Assembly: GCA_963779755.1 (NCBI GenBank)
Contig: CAVZZO010000003.1
Span: forward strand, 1,120,001 to 1,184,000
Direction: 5' to 3'
Source: an uncultured Gemmatimonadales bacterium
GTDB taxonomy: Bacteria > Gemmatimonadota > Gemmatimonadetes > Gemmatimonadales > GWC2-71-9
DNA: 64,000 bases
Shown: positions 28,866-39,066 of the stretch, piece by piece
Position numbering within the stretch: the first letter of the stretch is position 1
How the letters are laid out: each line of letters opens with the position of its first letter
Program-made: the position numbers and the translations under genes
Notes under the pieces: model-generated
Databases searched by the model: none
What the model saw: only the letters and a program-made list of their open reading frames with translations
Told to the model about the DNA's origin: nothing

Positions 28866-30521
28866 TCAGGCGCCCTCCCCGGCGGCGGCGGGCTCGGCCA
28901 CGTCGAACAGGGCCAGGTCCTCCTCGTGGTCGCGGGCGAAGCGTCGCGCATCCAGCGCGACCAGGCCGCCCTCCAGCGGGCTGAAGGCGGCATCGCGCAG
29001 AAACTCGCGCAGGGGAGAGTTCCGCTCCGTGGCGGCGTGTTCCAGCCGGTTGGGCGCCTGATCGCGGGCGCAGAGCCACGCCAGAAAGGCGTACTCCACC
29101 CGCCGCTGAAAGACACGGCAGGACATGACCAGCGAGGCGATGGTGCCATCCGGGCGGATGAGACAGGAGAGAATTTCGCCGTGACTGCCGTGCCGGTCTT
29201 CCAGGCTCGCGGAATAGAGCCGGCCGCCCGCATCCAGCACCGCCTGGACCTCGTCGTCCTCCACCCGCACGCCGTTGAGATTGAACTGGTTGGTCTTGTT
29301 GATGAGCTGGACCGCGCGCGTGCGGTCGCCTGCGCTGCGGTCGTGCAGCGTGAGCCGCATCTGGAGATCGCGCAGGAAGCCGGAGAGATCGGCGCCGGCC
29401 AGCTCGCTGGGCACCATCCCCGCCAGCCGGCGGCGATACATCTCGGTGCGCTCGCGGTCTTCGGCGGTCACCCTCCGACGGGGGAAGAGTGCCTCGACCT
29501 GTTCCAGCAACGCCGGCAGCTCTTCGGCCCGTCCCGGAAAGGTCACACAGTGCACCCCCGGCACCTGGAGCGACACTTCAGCCAGCTCCACCGGGTTGTC
29601 GTCCACGAACACAAAGCTGTCGAGCCCCAGATTGAGCTGCGTGGCCAGCTCGCGAATCTGGGCCGACTTGGCGTGATAACTGGCGATCACCGCGACGAAA
29701 TCGCCTTCCCGCAGCGGCATCTCGCCCTTGCGGAGCGGCGCCAGCGCCACCTCCGGATCGTTCCGGCTCACCGCGGCGAGCAGCACGCCTTCGATCCGCA
29801 GCCGGGCCAGCAGGGTCTGGTAGATGAAATGGCGGTAGCCCTTCCCCTCCGCGCGCCAGTAGATGCCCTCTTCGCCGTCCTCCGCGATCACGCCGGACCA
29901 GAGGGTGTTGTCGAGGTCGGTGACCAGTACTTTGCAGGGCTCGGGGGCCGGATCGAGCGCAGCCGATATGATATGGCCCGCGACCTCCCATAACGCGCCA
30001 CCCCCCACGGGGCAGCCCGAGTTGAGGTAGGTGGCCAGCGAGAAGGAACCGGCCGGCAGCTCCACCGCACCCAGCGAGGCCGCCAGCGACCGCAGCTCGA
30101 AAGCCAGCGCGCGGTTCTGGCCCGGATGGGGGAGCAGCGGCGGCAGCGCCGCCGGCAGGTAGAGGAAGCGCGCCCTCTTTCGCTGCGCCAGCCGGCCCGC
30201 GACCTCCGCCGCCGATTGCCGCAGCATCTCGAACTCCTGCGGAGAGCGCGGGATTCCGGAACGCCAGTCTGCTTGGGGCAGCAGGTCCCAGGGGAGGAGG
30301 AGGAAGACTTCCTCCAGCTCCTCCGCCGGCTGCAGCAGCAGTTGCCCCAGGGTGTTGAACGGCAGCGTGCCAACCCGCGCATCCCTGCCCCTCTCGGCCG
30401 CGCGGGCGCGGAGGTAGAGATCCAACTGGTCGCTGGTTCCCGACATGGCCAGCAGAAACTCCAGCGGCGCTCCGCCCTGGAATGCCGCCAGGATCCGCCG
30501 GGCCTCCAGAAACCCGGCCAT
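28866..30521 (-). CDS. FkbH-like HAD-IIIC phosphatase / glyceryl-ACP synthase
   Basis: VLVTDLDNTLWSG, FVFVDDNPVE, QLINKTNQFN, MSCRV catalytic Cys. Confidence 0.9.
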   Translation of the reverse strand: MAGFLEARRILAAFQGGAPLEFLLAMSGTSDQLDLYLRARAAERGRDARVGTLPFNTLGQLLLQPAEELEEVFLLLPWDLLPQADWRSGIPRSPQEFEMLRQSAAEVAGRLAQRKRARFLYLPAALPPLLPHPGQNRALAFELRSLAASLGAVELPAGSFSLATYLNSGCPVGGGALWEVAGHIISAALDPAPEPCKVLVTDLDNTLWSGVIAEDGEEGIYWRAEGKGYRHFIYQTLLARLRIEGVLLAAVSRNDPEVALAPLRKGEMPLREGDFVAVIASYHAKSAQIRELATQLNLGLDSFVFVDDNPVELAEVSLQVPGVHCVTFPGRAEELPALLEQVEALFPRRRVTAEDRERTEMYRRRLAGMVPSELAGADLSGFLRDLQMRLTLHDRSAGDRTRAVQLINKTNQFNLNGVRVEDDEVQAVLDAGGRLYSASLEDRHGSHGEILSCLIRPDGTIASLVMSCRVFQRRVEYAFLAWLCARDQAPNRLEHAATERNSPLREFLRDAAFSPLEGGLVALDARRFARDHEEDLALFDVAEPAAAGEGA

Positions 30522-30760
30522 CAGCCCGTCTCGCGCGCGACCAGGTCCGCGGCGCGCTCCCATGAGGTCATGTCCAGCGATTCGGCCGTGTCGATGGTGA
30601 TCCCGAATTCGCTCTCGATGGCCGCGATGAGGGAGACATGGGCAACCGAATCCCAGGCCTCAGTCACGCCGGCTTCCAGCCCGGTGACGTCGGACCCGGC
30701 CGGCAGCTCGAAGACCTCACGAAAGATGGACTGCAACCTGGTGTGCTGATCTTGATCCAT
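30521..30760 (-). CDS. Acyl carrier protein
   Basis: 79 aa, acidic, WDSVAHVSLIAAIESEFGI phosphopantetheine-attachment motif. Confidence 0.9.
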   Translation of the reverse strand: MDQDQHTRLQSIFREVFELPAGSDVTGLEAGVTEAWDSVAHVSLIAAIESEFGITIDTAESLDMTSWERAADLVARETG

Positions 30761-30819
30761 GGAGCCCGGAGTCGTTGAAATCGTTGTGTCGCCAAAATAT
30801 AAGCCCGGACCGGAGGGGC

Positions 30820-31784
30820 TCAGACCGAAGGTTGCCCGCGTCGCTTTTCCTGCCACTTTCGCGCCACCAGATCGCGCGCCCAGACCCATTGCATGCGCCG
30901 CCATTCGCCGGCCGGGAGGGGGCCCGGCGCCCGGGCGTCCCGCAGCCAGTCCAGCAGCTCGCCCACCGGCGGGAACCAGCCCGGACGCCCTGCCAGCCGC
31001 TCCAGCAGGCGCCGGGTCACCGGGTGTACTTCGCCTTCACGGACGAAGCGCTTGCCGAAATGGGTCGCGACGATGCAGATGCCCCCTTCCCCTTCCAGCC
31101 GGTCCTGATTGTCGGGCCGGAGCAGCCGGTTGAACGCCACCACGTCCTCCGCGTCGCTGGCGGAGAACCACCAGGGGATGAGCGGCCGGCGCGGATCCTG
31201 ATACGGCAGGGTGGGATTGATGCTGAGCAGGTTGATGCGGTTGAAGGTGAGATTCCGGGCGTAGACGCAATGCGCCTGCGCCCGGTCGCCCCACCAGTAC
31301 TCGCTGCCGGGAAGGTGTCCCTGATAGAAGTCCCGGGAACGGCCCGTCATCCGCCCGAAGGCGGTCCGCACCACCGCATCGTCCAGCCGGTCCACGCCCC
31401 AGTAGAGATTTTCCCGGTTGTAGGAGTGATTCACGTGAATTCGCGGATAGTGTCCCAGCGCCGCCCGGAAGGCCTCCAGCCCGCGCACGGTCCGCTCCCG
31501 GCGGCTCGATTCCATGGTGGCGGCATGCCAGGTCACCTCGAAGCCGCGCGCGGCCAGGTCAGCACGAACGCGAGATAGCCGGGGTCTTCCAGCGTCTCGC
31601 TGCCCTGGTAGTCGGGGCTGCCCTCGGGACAGGCGAGGGGCCAGACGGTCTTGGTGGTCCGCATGCCCAGCGATTCCAGCAGCCGGTAGAGCGGCCCCAC
31701 ATTCGCGACCGTGGCCACATCGGTGTCGTCAATGACGGTAAAGGCGAACCGGGCGCCGCCGGGAAAGGCCAGAGGCCGGGCCAT
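30820..31784 (-). CDS. Deacetylase-like (NodB-barrel) hypothetical protein, frameshift near 31560
   Basis: FAFTVIDDTD...GFEVTWHAA...HVNHSYN...CIVATHFG across two frames. Confidence 0.6.
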
Positions 31785-32963
31785 CAGAGATCGCCTTCCG
31801 AATCGCCGTCGGCACGGGTAATCCACCACTGACCCAGGTCTTCCGGGAACGTCAGGTCTTTCGGTGGGCGCACCAGAAGGTGGACATTGCCGGGCGCCGG
31901 CAAGTAGGCGGCGCGCCGAAGCAGGGCCAGCGCCGCGGGATGGCTCGCCGTTGCCAGAATGCCGTCCGCGCCGAGGCCGCGGGCCAGCTCTTCGGCCCGG
32001 GCCAGCGCGGCCCGCCCGGCGGCAGGATGGTCTCCTGCAACCAGCAGGTCGGAAAGCGTGGCCAGCCGCAGCCCCCCCAGCCGGGGATCGCCCGGGCCCG
32101 TGCCGGGCGGCAGTAGCGCGGCGAACGCGACCAGTTCGCCACCACGGCGCACGGCGATGAGCTGCCACGGATCACTGCTGGTCTGCCGCTGCGGCGTAAC
32201 GCCAGTCGAAGTACGCACCGTCCCGCACGGCAGCGGCGGCAAGCTTTCCGCGTGAGCGCTGCCACAACCGGTCCATGCCCTCGCTGGTGATAGTCTCGCC
32301 GCTCGCGGCACGATACCCGGAAGCCCGCGTGCCCAGCGCCGACCACAGCCTGAACCCGAGCGACGATATGCCGCCGCCCAGCCGGGCCAGGCCGCTCCGC
32401 TGGGCCAGGCGGAAGAGATGTGCCGCGCGGGGGGCGCGCTCCGCCATCCCCAGCGCCTCCAGATCCACCCGCGCGGCGACCCGTCCTGCCGCCAGCAATC
32501 GCAGCCGGTTGGGCACGGCACCGAGGTCGTGAAAGCCCAGCGTGGTGAAGATCCGCCGGGCGGGCAGAGCCACGGCCATGGCCAGGGCACCGTCCAGGTG
32601 ACGGAGTGCTTCCTTCACCACCAGAAAGCCGATGGGGCCGTTGCGGTGCTCCGGCAGGACCATCAGGCCCTTCATCCAGTGCATCGGCCGCTCTTCCCCG
32701 GCCACACGAATCCTGGTGGGGATGGTGCTTACGTACCCTACAATCCGGTCGCCACTGAAGAAGAGAAACGACGGTGGCGGCGCCCCGCCCCCACCCGGGT
32801 TATCCCGGGCTTCCGCGCGCCGCCCAACCAGCACCGACTCGGCGGTTGCTTCGGGGTCCCATACCTGCCGGAAGAATTCCGCCATCGCATCCGCGTGCGC
32901 CTCCTCGGCCGGCACGACGCGGACGTCCGGCCGCGGCTTCCCGCCCGGGCGAGCCTCAGCCAC
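31784..32963 (-). CDS. GNAT-family acyltransferase, frameshift near 32190
   Basis: GLMVLPEHRNGPIGFLVVKEAL motif A; VRDGAYFDWRY; C-terminus WWITRADGDS in an adjacent frame. Confidence 0.7.
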
Positions 32964-34149
32964 GCGCCCCTAGGCCGGGCAGGAGTGACTCAAGCCGGCG
33001 CATATCGCCCGTTCCGGCATGGGAATGCACCGGCAGGGTCACCAGCGAGGCGGCCAGCTCATGCGCACCCGGAAATGCAACATTACGGTTCAGAATCATC
33101 TCGCTCCACTGCTCCAGCTCCGCCAGGCTCTTCGGATACCCCGCCACCACACCCAGCGCTCTCAGCTCCCGGGCGATCGCGTCCCGCCGCTCCGCTTCCA
33201 CCAGCACCGGCAGCCGCAGCCACGACGGCTCGGCGCCTGCCGGCGGTGTCACCAGCCTCACACCATCCACCCGGCTCAGCGCCAGCCGCAGGCGCTCCGC
33301 ATTCTCCCGCCGCCTGGCGATCTCGGGCCCCAGCAAGCCCCAGGTGGCCCGCAGCATTCCCGCCGCCGAGCGGGGCAGCGGCCCCACGCCGTGCGGGGGC
33401 CGGTAGTGGGTCTCGCCCAGGCCGAGGAAGGGGAGCGCGGCGGGAATGCGCGTAGAGTGCCGGCCGGCCCAGCAGCCACTGCGCGCCGCTCTTCGCCAGC
33501 CCCACCCAGCCCGCCGCCGGCGTGGGGCGCAGGCCCTCATCTCCGGACGCGAACGAGCCGCGCGACAGCAGCGCGCCGCCTCCCCCGCCGGTCCAGCCCT
33601 TGCCCCGGCCGAAGCTCAGCACCGAGAGGTCGCCCAGGCTCGCCCGCCGGGCGGCCCCGCCAGGCCGCGCCCACCGCCTGGGCGGCGTCTTCGATGACGG
33701 CCGCTCCGTGCGCCCGCGCCATCTGCCCCACCCGGTCCATGTCCACGGGGATCCCGAAGAGATGGACCACCACGACCGCCGTCGCGCCGGCCTCCAGCGA
33801 GCGCTCGAGGGAGGGCCAGTCCGGACCCAGCGTTTCCGTATCCAGATCGTAGAGCAGCACGCGGGTGCCGGCGCCCAGCGCGGCGCTGGCAAGATCGTAG
33901 CAGGCGTAGGCGGGAAAGGCCACCGGCCGTTCCGGGCTGCGCCGCCGCGACGGCCTCCAGCGCCAGCCGCAGGGCCGAGGTGCCGGAATCGGTGAGCACG
34001 ACGCGGCCGGCCCCGAACTCGTCCCCGAGGAGCCGCTCCAGCGCGGCATGCGCCCCTCCCCCACCCCGCGCGGCCGTTCGCGCCCCCGCCGCGAGAGCGC
34101 CGAGAGAGAGGGGAGAATAGACGGGAGGGAGGTAGCGGAGCATGGACAT
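32956..34149 (-). CDS. DegT/DnrJ/EryC1/StrS family PLP aminotransferase, about three apparent frameshifts
   Basis: LTDSGTSALRLAL, FPAYACYDL, VHLFGIPVD, IEDAAQA, SFGRGK (PLP Lys), LVTLPVH. Confidence 0.8.
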
Positions 34150-34164
34150 TCAGGTAAACATGAA

Positions 34165-34400
34165 CGGTTTCGGCCCCCTCGCTGCGCTCGGGGTGACAGC
34201 CTCTGCCTGCCTGTGGTTCCGGTCGCTGCGCTCCCTCAGGGTGACACGGGGCCTTTGGGGATTCGATTGTCACCCTGAGCGAAGCGAAGGGGGCGAAGTC
34301 CTCCCCGGATTTCGGTCCCTTCGGTGGCTGCGCTCAGGGTGACAGCGGGTGCCGGGTTCCCCCTCTCCACGCAGTGGAGAGGGGGTCAGGGGGTGAGGTC
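34165..34400. repeat. Cluster of REP-like palindromic elements (TGTCACCCTGAG...CTCAGGGTGACA family plus a CCCCTCTCC...GGAGAGGGG hairpin)
   Basis: Full element at 34268-34344, two half elements upstream, hairpin at ~34359-34385. Confidence 0.8.
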
Positions 34401-34406
34401 CCGCCT

Positions 34407-35429
34407 TCACGGGATGAACCGCACCACCCGGGGCCCCAGGAAATTGGCCACTGGAAGGGGGACATGCCTCCAGATCCGGGGCCCCCAGCTCCAGGCCCCG
34501 TCGTCGGGCGAGGGAGTGTGCCCGGCACCGCCGCGGGCCTGCTGATACCAGTGGAGCGGCTCGTCGCGGGCGCCCCACTGCCGCTTGAAACGGTGGGTGC
34601 CGCTCCCGGGAGTGCAGCGGCCGAAGTTGAAGCGGGCGAGCCCCTGCGCCATGGCCCGCTCCATGAAGGCGAAATAGAGCAGCATGTTGGGCGCGATCCG
34701 GTTGTAGCGCTGCAGGGAGGAGGCCCAGGTCATCTCGAACTCACTGCCCCACTGGAAGCCGGCGCCACAGGCCACCGGCTCGTCGCCCAGCCAGGCGACG
34801 CCCACCCACATGCTATCGCCGAAGCGGTCCCGCGCGTGCTGGAAGAACTGCCGGGAGAGCACCGGGGTCCCCAGGTCGCGCATGTGGCGTGAAAACACCT
34901 GATAAAACGCATCCAGCTGGTCGGGCCCGAAGCGGACGGCGACGCCCTCCTTCTGCGGCCGCCGCACCTGGCTGCGCAGCTTGGCCGGGAAGCTCTTCAT
35001 CAGCGCGTCGGGGCCCTCGGGCAGGTCGAGCACCACGGTGATCTTCCGGTGCGACACGGTGAGCTCGAGCGGGAGGGATTGCCGGCTGCGCAGCTCCAGC
35101 AGGCCGGCACCGGAGGCCCGGGCCAGCCGCACGGCCTCAGCGGCCAGGGCGCGCACCGCCGCCTCGCTGCCCAGCGGGCCGCCGTAGTTGAGGAACGGCA
35201 TGGAGACGAGGTAATGGCCGAAGATGGCGCTCCGCACGCGCACCAGCGGCAGCACGCCGGCCAGCGCCCCGTTCTCCCGCACCGCCAGCCAGGGACACTC
35301 GTGACCCAGGGCCCGCTCCATCACGTCCTTCCAGCCGGCCAGATGGCAATGGGTCCAGCCCGGCTGCCGGCGGACGAAGTCGTCCCACTCGGCATCGGGT
35401 CCCTGCCACGGTGCTGGAGCCTGGGTCAT
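34407..35429 (-). CDS. FemAB-related protein, PEP-CTERM/exosortase system-associated
   Basis: LVSMPFLNYGG, KLRSQVRR, MRDLGTPV, FNFGRCTPGSGTHRFKRQWG. Confidence 0.9.
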   Translation of the reverse strand: MTQAPAPWQGPDAEWDDFVRRQPGWTHCHLAGWKDVMERALGHECPWLAVRENGALAGVLPLVRVRSAIFGHYLVSMPFLNYGGPLGSEAAVRALAAEAVRLARASGAGLLELRSRQSLPLELTVSHRKITVVLDLPEGPDALMKSFPAKLRSQVRRPQKEGVAVRFGPDQLDAFYQVFSRHMRDLGTPVLSRQFFQHARDRFGDSMWVGVAWLGDEPVACGAGFQWGSEFEMTWASSLQRYNRIAPNMLLYFAFMERAMAQGLARFNFGRCTPGSGTHRFKRQWGARDEPLHWYQQARGGAGHTPSPDDGAWSWGPRIWRHVPLPVANFLGPRVVRFIP

Positions 35430-35476
35430 GAAGTCGCGCGCAAGGGAAACGGGCCTGCCAGCAGCCAGCGGCAGAC

Positions 35477-35713
35477 TGTCGCCCTGAGCGAAGCGAAGGG
35501 GGCGAAGCTCCGGGGTTCACGCCGGTGGTCACGGCAGATCATAGCCACCAGGGTTTCGGTCCCTTCGCTGCGCTCAGGGTGACACGCCCCGTCGGACGCC
35601 TATGGATTCGGTCCCTTCGCTGCGCAGCAGGAGATCTCAAGCCACTGGTGCTCCGAATCTCCTGCGCAGCCCAGGGAGATTGCTTCGCCCGCCAGGGCGG
35701 GCTCGCAATGACA
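35477..35713. repeat. REP-like palindromic elements
   Basis: TGTCGCCCTGAGCGAAGCGAAGGG...CCCTTCGCTGCGCTCAGGGTGACA (35477-35584) and a GAGATTGCTTCG...CTCGCAATGACA half element. Confidence 0.75.
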
Positions 35714-35728
35714 GCGTTTTGCTTTGCC

Positions 35729-35858
35729 CCGCTCACCGCTTACCGCTCACCGCTCACCGCTCACCGCTCACCGCTCACCGCTTACCGCTCACCGCTCACC
35801 GCTCACCGCTCACCGCTCACCGCTCACCGCTTACCGCTCACCGCTCACCGCTCACCGC
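35729..35858. repeat. Heptamer tandem repeat (GCTCACC/GCTTACC)n, about 18 units
   Basis: Directly visible. Confidence 0.95.
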
Positions 35859-36748
35859 TATGCAGGCAGCAGATCCGCCCAGGTACCATCCTTGTCCTCG
35901 CCGCCCAGGTTGGCCCCGAAGCGGCGGGCCACGGAGGTAAAGCGGAACTCGTCCAGCAGGCGCCGCAGCCGCGGCAGCGTGCGCCGCAGGCCGCGGTAAT
36001 GGCGGAACTTCGCCACCAGGGGCACCGAGAGCCGCGGCTGGTCCGGGTCCACTTCCCAGGGATGGATGTAGAACATGCCGGAGACGCCGGATTCGGTGTG
36101 CCAGCGGAAGGCGTGACTGAAGAACCCGTAGGGGAACTGCCGGAAGTAGCCGCCCCCGGCGGCCGGCAGGCGCAGGCTGGCCACGATGACCGTGGCCGGC
36201 GGCAACTCCAGCAGGGGGCCGGCAGGACGGTGCAGGAGGTGCGGTACCGGATCGGTGCCGGGGTAGCCGTAGCCCGACCGGCGGATGGGGAAGAGGCTGG
36301 AATCGTAGCGATAGCCCTCTTCCACCAGGATGTCGAGCGCCCACTCCCGGCCGGGGACGATGGAGAAGCTGGGCGCGCGGTAGCCGTAGACCCGCTGGCC
36401 GGTGAGGTCCTCGAGGAGCGCGCGGGAGCTGCGGACGTCCTCCCGGAATTCTCCCGGCGTCAGCTCGGTCACCCGCCGGTGCCAGAACCCGTGGGAGGCG
36501 ATCTCATGGCCGGCAGCGGCAATCCGCCGCACCACTTCCGGATGCCGCCGGGCAATCCAGCCCAGGGTGAAGAACGTCCCCAGGACTCCCCGGCGATGCA
36601 GGAGCTCGAGCAGCACGTCGATGTTCCGCTCCAACCTGGGCGGGTAGCTGTCCCAGGCGCCGCGGCTGATGGCCGGCTCGAACGCGTTGACCTGGAAATA
36701 GTCCTCCACGTCGACGGAGAAAAAATGCTCGACCAGCGGCTCATTCAT
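35858..36748 (-). CDS. Polysaccharide deacetylase, PEP-CTERM (XrtA) locus subfamily, DUF3473
   Basis: FSVDVEDYFQV, TFFTLGWIA, HEIASHG, GYRAPSFSI, GGGYFR, FYIHPWEVDP. Confidence 0.92.
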   Translation of the reverse strand: MNEPLVEHFFSVDVEDYFQVNAFEPAISRGAWDSYPPRLERNIDVLLELLHRRGVLGTFFTLGWIARRHPEVVRRIAAAGHEIASHGFWHRRVTELTPGEFREDVRSSRALLEDLTGQRVYGYRAPSFSIVPGREWALDILVEEGYRYDSSLFPIRRSGYGYPGTDPVPHLLHRPAGPLLELPPATVIVASLRLPAAGGGYFRQFPYGFFSHAFRWHTESGVSGMFYIHPWEVDPDQPRLSVPLVAKFRHYRGLRRTLPRLRRLLDEFRFTSVARRFGANLGGEDKDGTWADLLPA

Positions 36749-36860
36749 GGGGGGTCTGCACTCCGGTTGGCTCGTGGCTGCATGGTATCACGACGCCGGA
36801 GAAAATTCCATGCCGGGGGAAGGCGCCCGGAGTCAACCGCCGTCACCGGCGGTTCCGGTC

Positions 36861-36900
36861 GCGACAAACCCCGGGGGGCGGGTTCGCCCCCCGGGGTCGC
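36861..36900 (-). terminator. Intrinsic terminator of the PEP-CTERM gene
   Basis: CCCCGGGGGGCG-AACC-CGCCCCCCGGGG followed by TTT on the minus strand. Confidence 0.7.
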
Positions 36901-36923
36901 GCACCAGCGAGCCGGCGTTCAGC

Positions 36924-37689
36924 TCAGGAAACGATATTCCGATTCTTGCGGCGGCGGATGAATCCCATGCCACCCATACTGGCGAGGCCGGTAGCCAGCA
37001 GCGCCATGGTGACAGGCTCAGGGTGGGGTCACCGTCACGCAGTTGGCCGGACGGCCACCGGGGGAGACGCCGGTCCAGCACTCGTTGGAGGTGAGCGTGG
37101 CGCCATCACGAATCCGCATGCTGATCTCGCTGCTGTTCGGATCCCAGCCCGCCTGGTTCACCTGGAAGTTGAACACCACCCAGTTGGCGGAATTGGTGAA
37201 ATCCGTATTGCAGGGATTCATGTACAGATTGGGGGGCGAGCCCGGCAGCTCCGCGGCCGTGGCGCACCCGCTGGCGATCCCGTTCCCCAGAGCGGTGGTG
37301 GACCCGCTCACTCTGTAGTCCACCGAGAAGACGTTCATGCCGCCGTTGTTCAGCAGCCAGGTTCCCGGGGTGTCGCCGGGGCGGGCGGGGCCCGTCATGC
37401 TGAGGGACCCGGTCACCGCCTGCAACCCGCTGGGCACGTTGTAGAATCCGATACCGTTGATAATGGAGCCCGCCACGGACGCCGTCCCGTAGGTGCCGGG
37501 AAGGTTGCCCGAGAGGTTCCACACCCGCATCTGGACGTTGGTGCCAGTGACGGTGATCTCGACGGCGGCGCAGGTCGAGAAAGTATCGCCGCCGCAGACC
37601 CGATACGACCGGAAGCCGTTGGCCCACGCCGGTGTCGCCGCGAACGCGAGGAGACCCGCCAGCACCACCAGAACCGAAGTTGTCCGCAT
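36924..37689 (-). CDS. PEP-CTERM sorting-domain protein (sorting signal out of frame at ~37022)
   Basis: Sec signal peptide (AWA); the +1 frame after VT reads PEPVTMALLATGLASMGGMGFIRRRKNRNIVS*. Confidence 0.88.
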
Positions 37690-37708
37690 ATCGTCCCTCT
37701 CAGGTAAG

Positions 37709-38212
37709 TTATTGCGAACTGGCACGCCAGCTCAGCACCGCCAGCCACACCAGCACAACCGGATACGCCACCAGCTGAATACTCGTCCTGATGATCGCCG
37801 TCCGCAGCCCGGCCTTGAGCGTCGCATTGGCGGCCGTCGCCATCGCCTGACCGACGGTCGGGAAATACAGTACCGCTTCCGCCAACGTCAGGACCGCCAC
37901 CACCAGAACCACCACCGCCACCCCGCGAGTCCACCCACGGGACCCTCTCGCCACCCCCGAGCCCATCATCAACGCCAGCCCCAGGACCAGCAGGGGGTAG
38001 CTGTTCAACGATGCCGTGACAGTGCCGAAGCGCCACTCCGCCAGCCCGAAATTCGTCGGGTACCAGCTCAACAGGATGTCGGCACCTGCCACCAGCAGAA
38101 AGATCAGACCGAGCCCGCCCAGGATGTACCAAGCCGATGCGGGGAGGGGGATCGCGCTGCGGCTGCGCTCCCGGCGGCTATCCTCCCGAACCAGGACTCT
38201 CGGCGCGGTCAT
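37709..38212 (-). CDS. Small 4-TM membrane protein (HpsJ-like)
   Basis: Four hydrophobic segments; YPTNFGLAEWRFGT...PLLVLGL; paralog of 38434-38907. Confidence 0.6.
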   Translation of the reverse strand: MTAPRVLVREDSRRERSRSAIPLPASAWYILGGLGLIFLLVAGADILLSWYPTNFGLAEWRFGTVTASLNSYPLLVLGLALMMGSGVARGSRGWTRGVAVVVLVVAVLTLAEAVLYFPTVGQAMATAANATLKAGLRTAIIRTSIQLVAYPVVLVWLAVLSWRASSQ

Positions 38213-38250
38213 GACGCCACCTCCGAAAGCCCAAACCTCATTATCATCAT

Positions 38251-38266
38251 TGCACTTACCGGGCCA
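38251..38266 (-). promoter_or_regulatory. Putative sigma-54 promoter
   Basis: TGGCCCGGTAAGTGCA (GG-N10-GC), about 40 nt upstream of 38212, in an AT-rich intergenic region. Confidence 0.6.
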
Positions 38267-38433
38267 AGGTTGTGTCCTGCGGCACCTTTTTATAACCACC
38301 TGATAGTCAAAAACTTAGACGCCAAGAACTGCGACAGTTGAACCCCCGGTCAGCCCGTCTGTTGTGGCAAAAGCGCAGCATCTCGTGGTTGACCGCGGCG
38401 ACTCATATCACACCGGATTTCCCGGTCGGTTTA

Positions 38434-38907
38434 TCAGGATTTCTTCCGGGGATCGGGCCGGAGGCCGCTGATGGCCAGCCAGATACAGCCCACCGGATAA
38501 ACCGCCGTCTGCACCGCGGCCTTCGAGACGGCCTTCTTGATGCCGGTTGCAAAGGGAGTCCCGGGCGCGGTTCTCAGGGCATCGGGAACATTCGTTGCGT
38601 AGAGAAACGCGCCCGCCATCATCACCAGAACCAGTAGCAGCAGCAGCAACCCCGCAATCCGGGCGGCGCCCAGCCGGCCCGTCCCCCAGGCCGCGGCGAT
38701 GGCAAACCCCAGGCCCATCACCAGCAGCGGCAGGTTGTCCATCATGGCGCTGTAGGTACCGAACTCCCACTCCCCGCTCCCCAGGCGCAGGGGAAACAGA
38801 ATGGACCACAACTGCGCCATGCCGATCACCGTGAACAACAGCCCCACAATGGCCAGGGCGCGCCAGATGACGGGCTCGGCGGGGAAGCTGGTCTGGGGCT
38901 CGGGCAT
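38434..38907 (-). CDS. Small 4-TM membrane protein (HpsJ-like)
   Basis: FPLRLGSGEWEFGT...PLLVMGL; start uncertain. Confidence 0.6.
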   Translation of the reverse strand: MPEPQTSFPAEPVIWRALAIVGLLFTVIGMAQLWSILFPLRLGSGEWEFGTYSAMMDNLPLLVMGLGFAIAAAWGTGRLGAARIAGLLLLLLVLVMMAGAFLYATNVPDALRTAPGTPFATGIKKAVSKAAVQTAVYPVGCIWLAISGLRPDPRKKS

Positions 38908-39066
38908 GGCGGCGATCGGAATGAGGTGAACCTGTCGGCGACCGGCCGACCGGCGGATGCTGGATGCTCCGGCGGAACCTCGCCAACCTCCAGCAGCGCG
39001 GCCGGCCGGGCGCTGGTACCCGGTAGCCAAACCTACTTCCCGCCGAGCTACACAGCTACCCCCGCC

